DNA of 64,000 nucleotides from Octopus sinensis (GCF_006345805.1 NC_043009.1:5456001-5520000), one strand, 5' to 3'; numbered from the stretch's first letter, positions 41,329-57,139 are shown. Numbers and translations are program-made. Notes: generated by a model from the sequence alone, not told the origin.

Positions 41329-42769
41329 ATATATGTGTGTTTGTGTGCATGAGTGTGTGTTTGTGCGCGTGTGTGTGTAGTGTGTTAGTGTATGTGTGCG
41401 AGTGTGTGCGTGAGTTTGAGTGCGTATATGTGTGTGTATTTTGTACATACATCTGTGGTGGCTGCCTCTCGTTGACGTGTATGACCACTGAGAACATTTG
41501 TTTGTCTAGAAATAACCAAGGGTAAGTTATTTAGCTTCTTAATGAAATCGGTGATATTTCAAAATTTTTTTTCCTTTTGCAAAATCAAGGGGTCGGGGAA
41601 CTTTTACAATGACGTTACCCACCTGGATTTGAAAGGAAGAAAATGATAGTTTCTTTAAATTCGAAAGGTTTACTGCATCTATTTTATTGAATCTATTTAT
41701 AGGAATCTGTTTAAAAGCCCATTACATTGGAGAAATGCAGTGCTACCAGAAGAAAAATGTCTGTCATAACAAGGAACACTCTTTTGATAATAAATTTCCT
41801 AAGGTCCACACTTTAAATTATCTCGGATCGCCGAACCCTGTGCTAGAAACATGTCGAAATAAATATTAAGCGTCTCTCTCTCTCCTCTAGCTGTCAGATG
41901 ACTGCTGATGTTATAGAGGTCCTCCGTTCCTTGACAGCTTTTCATTTGCATCATGCGGGGTATCCAATGAAAATACCTACTCTTTACAAAGCAGGCTTGG
42001 TAGGGCTGCCGCTTTACTCACCGACAGGTAGTGCTGAATTACATGTTGCCAGTAGTACTAAGAATGACCAGATATAATATTTTGTCTGTGTGTGCGTACG
42101 TGCCTGCATGCTTGTGCGTGTGTTTACTTTTTGTAGTAAAGGGAATCTTTACAAGTAGACTCACCTTAAGTTCCAAGTTTTCGAAAAGTTATTAGTGACA
42201 AGCGGAAAAAAAAAGACATTTAAATTTTTTAAGAAAATTATTGAGAATCAAACAAAATGAGAAGGATTAAATATACCTGAATAAACTACTTAAAGTGTTA
42301 AACACTGTTAAGCTTGTAGATTACAAAATAAAAACAAACAAGATGAACAAATTTTTCATGTGTTGGAAATTAAAGACGAAATATTAGAAACTTAAGATCG
42401 TTACTTTCCGCACGCAAGGATATATCAGGAGCAGAAATAAAATCTATGCGTTTAATAATTCAATAATTAAATGAGGATGCAAAAAAGGATTTGTATGTGA
42501 ATGTATTAATTTAATATCAATATTGAACTTAAATTAAAAGCTTTTTACATCGGGTAACAGATGTATTGCCCCGAAATCCTATATCAAACTTCTCACGAAA
42601 TCGTTAAAGAAAATGATCAGCCTCTTTTAAAAATCTTGAAAAACCGTATTTCGAATATATTTCAAACTCCAGCGAGCTTCAGCATAAGGATACACACGCG
42701 CACACACACACAAACTTACACACATACCTTTAATATCTCCATCATCTATCTTTTATTTCTTTCAATCAT

Positions 42770-43100
42770 AAGCCTGCAGCCATGCTTAGGCGTTGCCTCA
42801 AAAGGGCTCCTAAAAACTTCGCCGAAATACTTATTTTCTTAAGTCCGGTAATTTTTATAACGCTGTCTTCTTGCTGAACCGTTAACATACGAGATCGTAT
42901 AGTTGCCAAGAACGGCTGGCCACCAATGGTACAGAACAAACAAACATAAAGACTCATACATACTTAAGTACGTATATATAACATATAATATGTACACACA
43001 AACACTCATACATATGAATTTATGTATGCATACGACGGGCTTCTTTCAGTTTCCATCTTCCAAGTTCACTCACAAGGCTTTCGTAGGCCCCGCTCTAAAG
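42770..43100 (-). mobile_element. Degenerate SINE family C
   Basis: GCTGAACCGTTAAC tail and GACGGGCTTCTTTCAGTTTCC..CACTCACAAGGCTTT motif. Confidence 0.6.
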
Positions 43101-43221
43101 TAGGAGTGAACCCTACAACAATGCATATAAAGATATATACGCGTGTAATACACGCACATGCAAAAGCATGATCACACACACGTTATACATATATTCGTGT
43201 TTATATTGCTATATATATATA

Positions 43222-43786
43222 TTGGGTTGCCCGGAAAGTTCGTGCCGATTTTTAAAGGAAAGAAAAAGGTCAATAAATACTTGCCATTACATTTTTAATC
43301 AACCAAACATGAACCATTTTGTTGCACAATGCGTCTCCGCCTTTCCTTTAACTTGAAAGTACCCTCTTCCCAGAGCTGTGGTGGTTTCATGGCAAAGAAT
43401 TCATCAAGGTATCTTTTTACGTCATCCAAGGAATTGAAATTTTTACCATTAAGACTATTCTGCAGAGCTCTGAATAAGTGAAAATCCGAAGGAATAATAT
43501 CTGGTGAATATGAAGGGTGCGGTAACACATCCCAGCCAAGCCTCAGCAATTTTTTGGGTTCCCAAAGCATCGAGTGCCGAAAATGAACTTTCTTATTTTC
43601 CATTTTAAAGGGTAACAGTATTAACACAGATGAGAAGGGACATAAATCTCCTTCCAGGAAAAGATAGCTTAAACTGTGCTATAAATGGAGGTGTAGTGAA
43701 ATCCTATTTTATGGACGCAACCATGTGCTAAAATAAGTCGAAGGTTAAGCTACTATAAATCGGCACGAACTTTCCGGACAACCCAA
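43222..43786 (-). mobile_element. Internally deleted mariner element with 30-bp TIRs and TA duplication
   Basis: TIR TTGGGTTG(C/T)CCGGAAAGTTCGTGCCGATTT at both ends (1 mismatch). The minus-strand ORF contains WDVLPHPSYSPDIIPSDFHLF...IVQQNG. Confidence 0.95.
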
Positions 43787-44595
43787 TATAATGTGTGTAC
43801 TTGTATCCCAACTACAATTACATGTAACGTTAGCGTTTTTGTTTTTAATTTCAATTTCGCTATTTTCTACCCAACACACAACAGTGCTGCATCCTACTCA
43901 AAACGGCGAATATATATATGCGAATACAATTATATATTTAACATGTGAAACAATGTAATTGGTACTGAGCCATTAAATACAACAAATGCTCTTATAGGTC
44001 ATCGGCAATAAATCTTTTTTGTATATGTTTACTAATCTATCATGAAAATAAAACTTTGAAAACTTAGTATAAAAAATACCACAAAATCAATTTGGTTCAA
44101 ATTATTTGCCATTTTAATATCTTTATTGCAAGTTTGTTTATTTGTTCGTATAATCGACAGACACTAAAATCACCCCTGATAAATTCTTAATTAAGATGCC
44201 TCATAAACTAATTCGCTGTTTGGTTTATGATTATAATATGTGCCTCATGATCTTATTTTACATTAGCACTTGTATATATGGTTTGAAAATATCTATCTCG
44301 AAATTGAATGGAAAATGATGTGTTACAATAATAATTCGTTATGTGTGCTTGCATCAAATATATTATTCTATAGTAAATGAGACGTTGTACTAGCGACTGC
44401 AACACATAGGAATGCCTGATATGATTGTTTATTAAAGATGTACGTAGGATTGGAATATGGCCAAGTATGTTATTATTTTAGTTAATATTTTTATAAATAT
44501 CATTACTTTAATGCAAAATATTACAAATGAATCATAAGAATCTAATACAATTTGTTGTTTATTAAATCCTTGGATCTGTATTTTCAAGTATATTG

Positions 44596-44782
44596 TTTAG
44601 ATTAATCGGTCTTGCGTTCACATCTTGATTGTTGATTTCACTACGTTTCGGCTGTGTAGGCTCCAACCTTTTTCAGGTATCTTGTGATTCAGAAGACACC
44701 TGAAGGATTCTGGAGCGTACAACAACCGAAAAAACGTGAAAGTAATATTCAAAATGAGGATACCAGCTCGACTAATGTAAAG
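44596..44782. mobile_element. Inverted pair of PLE pseudo-LTR-like remnants (family F4) with decayed HHRs
   Basis: Minus 44639-44679: tac-CTGAAAA-A-GGTTG-gagcctaca-CAGCC-GAAACGT-A-gtg. Plus 44697-44740: cac-CTGAAGG...CAACC-GAAAAAACGTG. Downstream flanks are homologous. Confidence 0.6.
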
Positions 44783-44794
44783 ATGTCCATAATA

Positions 44795-45340
44795 CGAAGG
44801 TGAGTCAAAAGGTAATGCCATTTTGTTTAGGACAGGTATAATTACCAACACAGGAACATGTATCATACATCAAAATGAAGCTGGTCCTTTGTGGATCATA
44901 TCCCTACTTTTCGACATGGTCACCGTTTCTCTCATTAGCGATGTTCCACCTTCGAAAGAGAGCATGTATCCCTGCCCGGTAAAATTCTGTTGACTGTTCT
45001 TTGAGCCACTTCTTCACAACAGTTTTCACTTCCTCGTCAGACTATCATCTCTTCGGTTCCATGAAAGAGGGTTTAAGAGGAAAACATTATTCCAGTGATG
45101 AGGAAGTGAAAACTGTAGTGAAGAAGTGGCTCAAAGAACAGTCAACAAAATTTTACGGGTCAGGGGTACATGCTATCATTCGAAGATGAAACATTGCTAT
45201 TGAGAGAAACGGTGACTATTTTGAGAAGTAGGGATGGGATCCACAGAGGACCAGCTTCATTTCGATGTATGATACGTGTTCTTGTGTTACTAATTATACC
45301 TGTTCTAAACAAAATGGCATTATTTCTTGACTTACCCTCG
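44795..45340. mobile_element. Foldback mariner MITE built from two inverted transposase 3' ends
   Basis: 44795-45040 is the reverse complement of about 45094-45340. The right arm encodes SDYHLFGSMKEGLRGKHYSSDEEVK..W; TA flanks both ends. Confidence 0.9.
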
Positions 45341-46321
45341 TATAAATTCCTCATCTCAGAAACATAGAATTGTATATTTTTAGTAGTAGATGTGTTTGTT
45401 ATGCAGGATTACTTATCATTTTCGAAACCTAGTGGATTAAAGTTATTAAATGAATAATGAAATCACCCCGGCAACTCACATTTTCGTTGGCGTCCGTCAA
45501 TCTCATAAGGGGAGATGTTGTCGTGATAGATATTAACGCCCCTGTGTGTTTAAAAGATCTACTTGTTGAATTCTCATAAAGGTTAACGTTATCGTTGAGA
45601 CAACAGAGAGCCTTTGAAGTCTCGCGTAGCAGAAGTCGAAGAACGTTGTGTGAGTACACTGCTTTACCTCCTCTTCGTTAAATCATATATCCAAACGGAA
45701 GGATATAAATCTTTTCCTCAAAACATGGGGGTGGATTTATTTTCAAGCTAACCTGCAGATATATGTGGATATGGCTGTGAAATGCGATTTAATTGGAATA
45801 TTTTCGTTAGGTGTAGAACAAGATGGTGATCGTTTTTCTTTGTCTAAGAAACGGAAGACTATGGTCAATGATTCACTTTATGTTATTGCATGGTGTTTAG
45901 CATCGTATGCGATGCTCGTGGTTATTTCTACATCTTTTTCTTTGCCGATGTATCTGGGAAACGCTGAGTGCAGTAAATACAATTCTGAATGCTTTGGTTT
46001 TGTTTATCATAAACAGCATATTGATTTGTTGTTGGATTAGAAATCACCATAGGTACTTAATGCATCTTTCAATCATCGTAATCATGTTATAAGACTCATA
46101 AAAAACTTTCATTGTTATCCACTTTCACATAAATATATGCTTTGAATTATATTCAAGATACATGGAATGTTTATTTGATGTTGTTACAGAGCTGTCATTG
46201 CGGTTATTCTATTATTCTCTTATTCCATTATCCTACGAACAATTTCAGTGCTAGGAGCACAATAATGTTGGAGAAACTCTTTGATAATTTTAGTCCAAGA
46301 CTGATAATTATTCTGTCATCT

Positions 46322-46730
<409 letters not shown>

Positions 46731-47814
46731 CGACTTTGTTAACCACACTGCCATGCATGAACCTCAATTATTTTTCTTTGGGCACTGAAAATCTTCATTT
46801 TATTTCTTTGTGAGGTGTTTCTGTTTTCAGAGGGAATTAGAGTACGAATATGTATGTCATAACTGTATCAATGAAAAATGTTATCCACATCATCTTTATC
46901 AATACACTTAAAAAGTTCTCAACAAGTACATATTTTACACTAAGAACACACTCAAAATAGTTAAAGTAAATCTGAACACAGCATTATTATAATAGTCATG
47001 CTAAAAGATGTTATATGCATAGTTTGGGTTCTAAATACATCTATATATTATCAGATCGCATGGCTGATAAAATAATGAAAACACGTATTAAATTTTTCCT
47101 CAGATCAGATTATCCTAAAATATTGTTATGTAGTATAACCAAGCTTTCGTAAGACGCATTCGGAATGACAAACGGAAAGACGTAGGATGTCTATACGAAT
47201 AAATATTAACCACAGAAATAGAAAAATAATAAACTATAATCATCTTTACAATGTAATTATAACCCAATTCCCTCAAAACAGGCTGTCAATGGAAGGCCTA
47301 AGAATTCAGATATAAGAGTAATTACAATTCCATTACGTAACTGAAATATACTTGGTACCTAAAAGAGTGAGTTAAAAGAAATTACGAGCATAATAATACG
47401 AAGTTTTGCAGCAAAGGCAAAGTCATGCAAGTGTCATTTAGGCTCAATAGAGAAGCTGAAATTATTAACATCGCGTTTAACATCTTAAATAAGAAAGAAG
47501 CAATTACACGCGGTTTGCACAGAAATACATTTAAATTGAAACTTACAAATACATTACTGTTCGCTTTCAATAATCTTAAGCATAAAATTGTTACTAGGCG
47601 TTCTGTGTACGAAATTTGACCCTGAAATATTTGTGCATGTAATGTATAAATTGGAAAAATTAAATTGAGTAAAAAGGTGACGATATTTATTTCCCTCAAA
47701 GTTGCACCCCTTCATGAAACCTGTTTAACATAATTAAAATCTGCAGAGGGTGTGTTTTTCAATATCGTTCCATAAAATCGAAGTGTATTATCGTTGGATA
47801 CGATATCTGTAGCT

Positions 47815-48012
47815 TCATACGGTTTCTGTGGCGTATGTGTTCCCTGCAGCTGGACGGGACGCCAGTCCATCGCAGCGTTACCCAAGAAACAGGAAGAAAG
47901 AGTGAGAAAAAGTTGGGGCGAAAGAGTACAACAGGGGTCGGCACAACCTCATGCCGGAGCCTCGTGGAGCTTTAGGCGTTTTCGCTCAATAAACACACAC
48001 AACGCCCGGTCT
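47815..48012 (-). mobile_element. SINE head A (5'-truncated) + tail Z
   Basis: Homologous to 27945-28216. Confidence 0.8.
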
Positions 48013-49460
48013 GAAATGTAAGTCTGCACTGTAACACATATAAATTTAATTGCTGTTGTAAGACAAGAGTGTCCTCTCCAAGTAGTCTCCTGTTTAAAGA
48101 AACTTATAAACGATATCCGAGAAAACTGCAGATATCATTTGACTTTCAGTTTTGCAACCGGGCAATTTGAATACCCTCAGTTAAACATGTAGGTAGTTAA
48201 GTTGTAATTACAATGCAAATAAGGAATACATTTTTTGTTAATAAGGAAATGCTGTTCCTTAAAATTTAGGAAACGATTTCATCATACGTACATACATTAG
48301 AAGAGAAAATAGTGAGCTATCTGCATATGTTGTTGCTAACCTCTTTAGTGATACTGCTAAATTTATGATATAAGGTTTTGAGGGGGTCGTATCATTGCCA
48401 TAAGGGACAAAATGCTTAGCGCAGTTTCTTCTGGGTTTTGAGATCGGAATTCAAACACCGCCGAGGTCACGTTTGATTTTAATCCTTATAGGGTTGATAA
48501 AATGAAATGAAATAAATTAAGTACTGGTGTCAATGTAATCTCTCTTAAATTACTGGCTTGGAAGATATATATTTACAAACATTAAATGTAACAATTCTAA
48601 TCCTTGTCACTTTCATCCATCAATTGAAATTCTATATCTGCGCGAGGGAAGTTATGGGTAGGGTAAACATGAGGGAATGAAATTAGTTGTTATATTTGCA
48701 TCACACCAAAAATAACCTTCGAAATGAAAAAAAGAAAAAAAAAACATTCGTGAAGACACAGAGTAAGAGAAAGATAAAAACGGAATTAACCAGATTCACT
48801 AAATTATATTTTGCAATACAAATTGAACATTAGAAAGAGCCATTCGAGGCAAATTTGGCGTATAAACAAAACACACGATCGATAACGTTTACATTACTAG
48901 TGATACATTTAATTTCTAATTAAAATTTTCTTTCATATGAGCTACGTCGCAGCATATCAGCAAATAGACTCCACTCTGTTTGCATATAATTAGACTAGCT
49001 TCTTTTCACTCTTTTTCCAGATGATCTGAATATAGTATACAATAATGACGGAATATATTCTAATATATTCTCGGTGATTCCGAAGAGAGCTGTCTCACCT
49101 GGTCAGTAGCATTCAGGTAGGAGTTCTTTAACATCTGACGCAAGTGTGGTATATAGCAAAAAGAAATACATTATGCCTGTGTGACCCGATAAAGGTTACA
49201 TGTTTACGCAAAGTTTAATTTTCAATATATGTATGTATATATATATATATAATATATATATATATATATTATATATATTATATATATATATATTATATAT
49301 TATATATTATATATATAGATGTATATATATATATATATAATATATATATATAATATATATATGTGTGTGTGTATGTATGTATGTTTGTATATCTTTTTTC
49401 TTTTATCTTTTAATCTTTTAATAATTTTAGTCAGTAAACTGCCGCCATGCAGGGGCACTG

Positions 49461-49511
<51 letters not shown>

Positions 49512-50539
49512 GTGTGTGTGTGTGTATGTGTGTGTGTGTGCGTGTGTGCATGCGTGTGCGTGTGTGTGTATGTGTGTGTCTCTGTGTGTGCTTATACATT
49601 GTGATAAATGCAAACGTATGTATGTGTATGAATGTGTGTTTGTATGTGTGTGTGTTCAGGTGAGCCTTTGTGATTATTCTTTGTGTCTCAACAGATGACA
49701 AGCACAAAAACAAATATTTTGAGTCTATTTAGGTTTTAACAACAGAGCGGTTCAGCATAATTGAACGATGGAACAAGTACCAGACTTCATATTTAAAATC
49801 GTTGGTAGGCTTCATCGACCAACACATTCATGGTGGTAATCCTGTACAATTATATTTTAATGACAACACAAAGAAAATATAAATTATGTGGAATGGATAT
49901 TACTAATCTATCTACTACTTTATTTCAAAAATAGCACAATAAACACTGCCAGTCACTAACAGAATTACAAATAGGAAAGCCAGTAGGATCAAAACGTGAT
50001 TATTTCGACAAAACATTGAGATGAAATACAGCTTATATATTCGCCCGAGTAAAAATGAAGTACAAAGTAAAACCCAAGGAAAATTTTAAATGTAAACGTA
50101 GAGATGCGTAAATAAGTAATACACCATGATTATATTTCCAGCCGCCTACGTTTCATCATCCACGCATTTAAGATGGCGTCAGTTATATAATTTCCGTCTA
50201 ATCGAAACGATTGCAAAATTTAACAAGGATTTAGAAGAGAATGCATTAAGTAAATGGAACTGTTAGTGGAAGAACTAATAAATAGTTATTTGTAGCGTCA
50301 TATGTTAGCTAAGAGTTTACATGAGGCAAGACATTCAATGCTGTTGCTGTCAGAATCTCGCTCATTCATGTTTATCGCAAATTAAACAATATGTATTTCT
50401 GTTTGTGTCTGCCACATTCTTTGGCTTTTGTTTCAGAAATCACTTGCGGGCGTATTATAAAGAAATCTATCTTATTGTGTGTGTCCATATATATATATGT
50501 GAGTGCTCGTGTGTGTGTGTATGTATGTATTTATATATG

Positions 50540-50595
<56 letters not shown>

Positions 50596-50676
50596 TTACA
50601 TATATGTATATAGACAGATATATATATACATACATATATACACATACATACATACATACATACATACATACACACA

Positions 50677-50738
<62 letters not shown>

Positions 50739-52569
50739 GTATGTATGTATATATATATACACACACACGCAATCATCCTGTGTTTTTCTTTTTTAAGAGT
50801 AATAATGTGTGTCATATACGCTCAGCAACTTCATCTCTGTCCTCAATTACGATTAGATTACTTTAACCGAATTTCTATCTAGGATACAGAAAAGATGTTA
50901 TTTTGATTCCCTAGATAAGATTTGCTAAATCTTGAAAATTCTGAGTAAGTTATGAGGTTTAATGTTTGGAAAGTTAAGGATTTGTTAGTAATATCAGAAA
51001 ATATAATGTATTGGACTTGACTTAATTAATCTGCTTGACTTAATTAATCTGTATATTTCAATTCAATGCCTGCTACGTTATTTAGCCATATCGCAATAAC
51101 TAAAAACGCGAGACATTGACAGAGCATCAGAAAATGATCTTCAAAATATACCATAATTATAGAGAAACTTCTAATTGCTACATATATGATGCTTTTGCCT
51201 TTTCTAATAATTATGTCAGAAATAATCTAGCGCTGAGGTTTAACTCAAACATAGGAACAGTTTTAGGATCAGGATTACTGGTGTATGTTTTCAGTGGTAT
51301 ATCTCCTGCATTTATCCTAATCTCAATACCAAAGCAAATATATATTGAAAATGTAGATAATAGAAAATTTGATTCATAAATCCAATCCTAAAGTATGAAA
51401 CTAGCGCAACACGCCCGTTTTATTATTTACAGAGAATGCCTGCCAATTCATAACAATAAGCTGAGGCCAAATGAATCGCTCTTTAATTTAGACAACGAAG
51501 GCATAAATGATATATTTCTGCTATGGTGGAATCTTGTGTATTTAGATAAAATTATTCGATCATTGTTTTAAATAGTTTCTACAAATTTTGAGTAAACGTA
51601 TACTATGTATTTGTTTATCCTTATTTTCTTCGCATTATTCGTACATGTATGTAGTTGCTCTCTATATTTTTATAAACAATGGCCTGATCTGTGTTAAAAC
51701 AGTTATGATTATGGATCACAATGCAGATAACATTTTTTATCTCAAGACTGTGTGCCTCGTTTGCTGATTGTGTGGATGTGGCTAAGTATATGTAAAGTAT
51801 ATGTTATCGAAAAATAAGTAAACGTAGATGTTAATTTTCTGCATGTTTATTTTGTCTCTCTGTATATTGATTTTAACATCAACTAATTTTGAATGCGTAA
51901 ATTCCTTTCAGTCAATAACTCCTTGCTGAGACGGATTAGAAATTTTTTTCGTGTTTCATGTATATCTAGTTAACACATAAATTGGTCTTAGCTTTTGTTT
52001 ATTTTTTTCATAGCAGAGCCTTTTTCATCTATTTTGTCAAGAATCAATAGATCAAGAAGTTTACGGTTGTGTATAACCGCATCTATTTCTTTCCCACCAG
52101 ACATTCTGTTTACTTTATATTCGATGTATCACGATCGACTACTGTTTATAGTTTGCATTCAGATTAACCTGCCATGTTTTCAGCGTCTGTGCAGTCACAT
52201 GTTAACTAGCGGCCTTGGAAGATGATAATCATGTGGTTAATATGTGGACAATTCTTTCATTTTTATATATTTAAGATTCAAAACTTCCTTTGATTTATTT
52301 CATTCGCGCATGTCTTATACCACCTGATAATTTTTAATAAGTTTCGTCGCACACACAGAGAAAAAAATGCCACACTTTTAAGAGGCACCTCTGAACAATG
52401 TGTGTAGCAGGTTACCATCTCATGCTCAAACATACATGAAGAGACAACTGCGCGTGGGCGAATTTGTCTGTGGGTGCATTTGTGTCCGCGCGCTTCTTCG
52501 CTGATGTATATACGAGTGAATAATACGAATAATAGAAAGGAAGCAGAGAATCGTAAGGACACCAAACAA

Positions 52570-52733
52570 AAAGGCTTTAGGGCGTTTTGTTCATCTGTAC
52601 GTTCTGAGTTCAAATTCTGCCGAGGTCGACTTTGCCTTTCATCCGTTTCGGGGTCGAAAAAATAAGTTCTATTCCAGCACTGATCGACTCACCTCTATCC
52701 TCCAAAACTCATGGCTGGTGCCAACATTTGAAA
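52570..52733 (+). mobile_element. SINE family M fragment
   Basis: TTCTGAGTTCAAATTCTGCCGAGGTCGACTTTGCCTTTCATCC. Confidence 0.75.
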
Positions 52734-54069
52734 GCAGCACAAATAACAGAAATATAATCGTAAGAGCGGTGTATCAAGAACGAAATACCGTAAATAGTAT
52801 CTTCTACGATGAGTTATAAGCACACTCGTCTCTCTCCTGTCTTTAGAAATGGGATGAAGAAGTGATTGGTCTGTTGGAAACTTGTAATCAACGAAGCTGT
52901 CTCTCACAATTTGCGATGTACAACATATATATATGCACACACAAGTAGTATTATGAAGAGGGAACGCTCTCAAAGAGTGCTTATTTATACATCCATAATA
53001 TGTGTCTGACACCACAATGTACTTCTTAACACATTCAACAGACACAAGCACATATATTTTTTTAGGGCGTCAAAATGATAAAATAAACAGAAACATTGAC
53101 CGTCTACACGTAGTCACAATCGCAAGTACATTTTTGCGCCCGAAGTATAGACATTCGCTTCTATATATCCTGATAATATATCTCACTCGTTCTTTTGAGT
53201 AGAGACAAAATGGAGATCTTCTTTATGAATTAGTAATGATGTACTTGTACTTTCGAACATCGTTTGCCTTTGCACTTCCTAACACCTCCTCTCTCAATAT
53301 ATATGCTTACATATATATGTGTATATTATTGACACACACACATATATAAAGAGTGTAGGAAAAAGAGGGTAAAATAGACATGTATACACGCATAAACACA
53401 TATACACACGCACAGACACATGTATATATATATAAATATATATATATATACATGTTATGTTATATCTTTGAGTGGATTTATATATTTTATATGTGCTTAA
53501 TGTTATGTTGCTACTTCACATGCGTGCGTGAAAATCTGTCTGAATGTAAGTGTTTCCCATACACATTACATTGAGATATAAACACCTCTTGATTGCTTGA
53601 GACATATAAAAAAAAGTATGACTGTCTGGGTTCAAAAAAATGAAGAACTCTATTAATAAATCAGTAATAAAAATGTCACACAAAAGCTAAACCCCGAATA
53701 CATGCCACATGTTATCTCTTTACGAATCCATAAACCTGTTGAAACTAATTTAAAACACATAACTCACACTTTTCTCTTTGGTTTGGTCTAACCTCTTCGT
53801 TCGTGCTTATTTTCTTTTAAAATTTCCTTCTTGATTCATTCTTTGATGTTTTTGGGGTTTTTTTGGGTTTTTGGCTGATATATATCTTTTTCAATCGTTT
53901 TCGATTATTTTTCTGTTTGGAATGTTCTTTGGTTGGATAGAGTCTGGTAGCAAATTCAGAGGGTATGTTTAGATTTCACATTCTGCCATATGCAACACAA
54001 ACGTTTAGGAACATTACCAAAATTCTTCTCAGGTGCGTACGTGCTTATGTATATTTGTATGTATACATG

Positions 54070-54152
<83 letters not shown>

Positions 54153-54154
54153 GC

Positions 54155-54393
54155 ACCCTTTTAAACTAGGCAGTCTCATGGGCCAGTTTCCCAGGTTCTA
54201 TGGCGCATGTGTTCCCCAACTGGACGGGACGCCAGTCCATCGCAGCGTTACTCATTTTTACCAGCTGAGTGAACTGGAGCAACGTGAAATGAAGTGTTTT
54301 GCTCAAGAACACAACGCGTCGCCCGGTCCAGGAATCGAAACCACAATCTTACGATCATGATGCTGACACCCTAACCACTAAGCCATGCGCCTC

Positions 54394-54395
<2 letters not shown>
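54155..54395 (-). mobile_element. tRNA-derived SINE, head B + tail Z
   Basis: Reverse strand GGAGGCGCATGGCTTAGTGGTTAGGGTGTCAGCATCATGATCG..GTTTCGATTCC..GAGTAACGCTGCGATGGACTGGCG. Confidence 0.88.
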
Positions 54396-54456
<61 letters not shown>

Positions 54457-54536
54457 TACAAACATACATACATACAAACAAACATACATACATGCATACA
54501 TACATACACACATACATACATACATACATACATACA

Positions 54537-54567
<31 letters not shown>

Positions 54568-55094
54568 GGTATTTGATTATAAGGCTTGAAAAAATTGCAG
54601 CAGGCGATTACGTTTCTGTATCTTCCTTCCTCATAAGTCACTTGAATCGGAATAATGTTGTTCTGTTCCGAGCGTTTTTTTTTTTCGAGTACTGTCCTTT
54701 TGGAGATGGAGATCCTGGCAATGCTAATATATTTCTCATTTGTACTGATTTATTAATCCTCTGTACGAACTCAGTGCTAACAAGCGTCATGTAATTTCAT
54801 GAATGATTATGTGAATACCTTTCGCAAATGCTAATGTTTAATTGCCATTATCATTCTCATTTTCCTCTATACTTCCTGGAATTTTCTTTAGGTTACATAT
54901 GATCTTCTGCAAAAACAAGTATCTTTAAAATTCCCTCTCACAAAATAACATATTTTAATGATCTTTACTAATCTACACAAATATATACATTTTTTTGCGT
55001 ATGTTAAAGTATTTAAAGAATGTAAAAAAAAGGGTTTATTAAAAAATGATGCGTTGATCTACCAATATTAGTTACTGAATATAAGTTACTGAAT

Positions 55095-55258
55095 TAATGG
55101 CATTTGGACTCTTTTATGTTCTGAGTTCAAATTCTGCCGAGGTCGAGTTTACCTTTCATCGGGGTCGATAAAATAACTACCAGTTGAATACTGGGGTCAA
55201 TATAATCGGCATCCCCCCTCTCCCGATGTTGCTGGCATTGTGCCAAAATTTGAAACAA
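55095..55258 (+). mobile_element. SINE family M fragment (alternative tail)
   Basis: Homology to 22950-23220. Confidence 0.75.
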
Positions 55259-57049
55259 TTGTTAGTTACTGAATAAAAGTATTTTAATTCTTACGTCATG
55301 GTCGTATGAACGAACATTATCGTCTGCTTTTCTCATCAGTGAAGCACAATCTTCACCTTATTTGCAGAAGTGACTATGAAAAAGTAAAATAATTTCAAAT
55401 AATGTGCAAGAAGATACTTTGGACGCATCAGAAATGAATGTAGAATAATTTAGATAGCATACAGTACATTGTATATCTCGGTTTGGCATTTTATGAAGGT
55501 ACCCCAGACATTTGTACAAGAACGTTTGTCTTTCAACCTCAATTAGATGTCAATTGCAGACATCTTATGTATTCCTGTATACGCCTTGAGAATTTAGATA
55601 TGTCGGATTCCATTTTGATTTCAAATAAATCATTCAGTTAAATTGGGGCTGTAATCTGTAATGGATAGTTGGGAATGAATAATACTACACTCTTTTCAAA
55701 TATATAGGTGTCTAGCTAGCTAACGCAGAAACTCTATGATCACTGGCACTCCGAGTGGTAATCAGGCCAGTCTACTTCCATTCACGCTTAGAAAATGTTG
55801 TGCGTATTTGAATAAAACAATCTAGGATAAAAGGACGATCGTCGATGCTTGAATGCATTTAAATTGATGCTGAAAGTAGCTTAATATACTATGAATATCA
55901 TCAATGTACCTTCAACAGCATGAAATCCTATTCCCTTAAAATGATTTAGAATAGCAATGATATCAGCAAGGATTGTCATTTCTTTACTTGCTCTTCACTC
56001 ACACACATATATGTGACGCTAACTGAAGAATAACACAGTTCCTAATGGTGAACTAAATCAGGTGCCTAAACCAATATTTTGTAAATAAGCAATACTCCCA
56101 GAATTGAACATCCCTTGATGGAGTAATATAGGGGTTCATCATCCCACATGTTTCTGTCTTTACCTGTAAGGCCTTTTCACACCTGTACGCCCACGACAAC
56201 GCGAAAATCTCCCCATGATGTTGCAAAACTAAACCAAACTTGCGTAAATTTTGTGCTTATATGACACACCAACAACAGGCGTAATATAGGAAATCCCAGA
56301 TGTATCACTCTTCTTATCATTGTCAGCATCGGTGGCATCATCATCATAATCATCATCATCATCGTCGTCGTCGTCGTCGTCATGATGTAACATAATCACA
56401 TCATACACATACACGCTCGATCACATACAAACACACACACACGTACACATACTGGCACAAACACACATTCACACGGGACACAACAGCCCTAAGAGTTGCT
56501 TCGAAGATGTTCACAAAATCATCAGCAAGGAAATGGAACAACGCAGCAGTTTTTCCTCGAAGTATTATATTCAGTTAAGAAAAAGAAATAGCAATAATGT
56601 TGAGTAGACGAGAGATCAGATCTATCATGAATTGTATGAGTACCACCTGGGTACCCATGTATCCACAAATAACTGTAGCACGCGATAGAAATAACAGCAT
56701 TAGCATAAATATTCGTAGTTTACAGAGGATATGCGCAGATTGTCTATGCAAATAAACAAAATAATGGTTTCTAACAAATGCACATGTTCTGGAGATAAGG
56801 GAATGAGTGAGTGGTGGATTACACCAACTGTAGTAATAAAATTCTGCCTTGTTTTATCGACACCGGGAAATTGGTTTGTAAACAACAATTTCAGGTACAG
56901 AAAGTAGATCGGTGCAAATCATTTCTCGCAGTCACATACCGGGTATATTAATCTATCGACCTCACGACCCAAGTGTATCAATAACCTATGAGTACATACA
57001 TATATAAATACATACATGCATGCATACATACATACATACATATATATAC

Positions 57050-57139
<90 letters not shown>

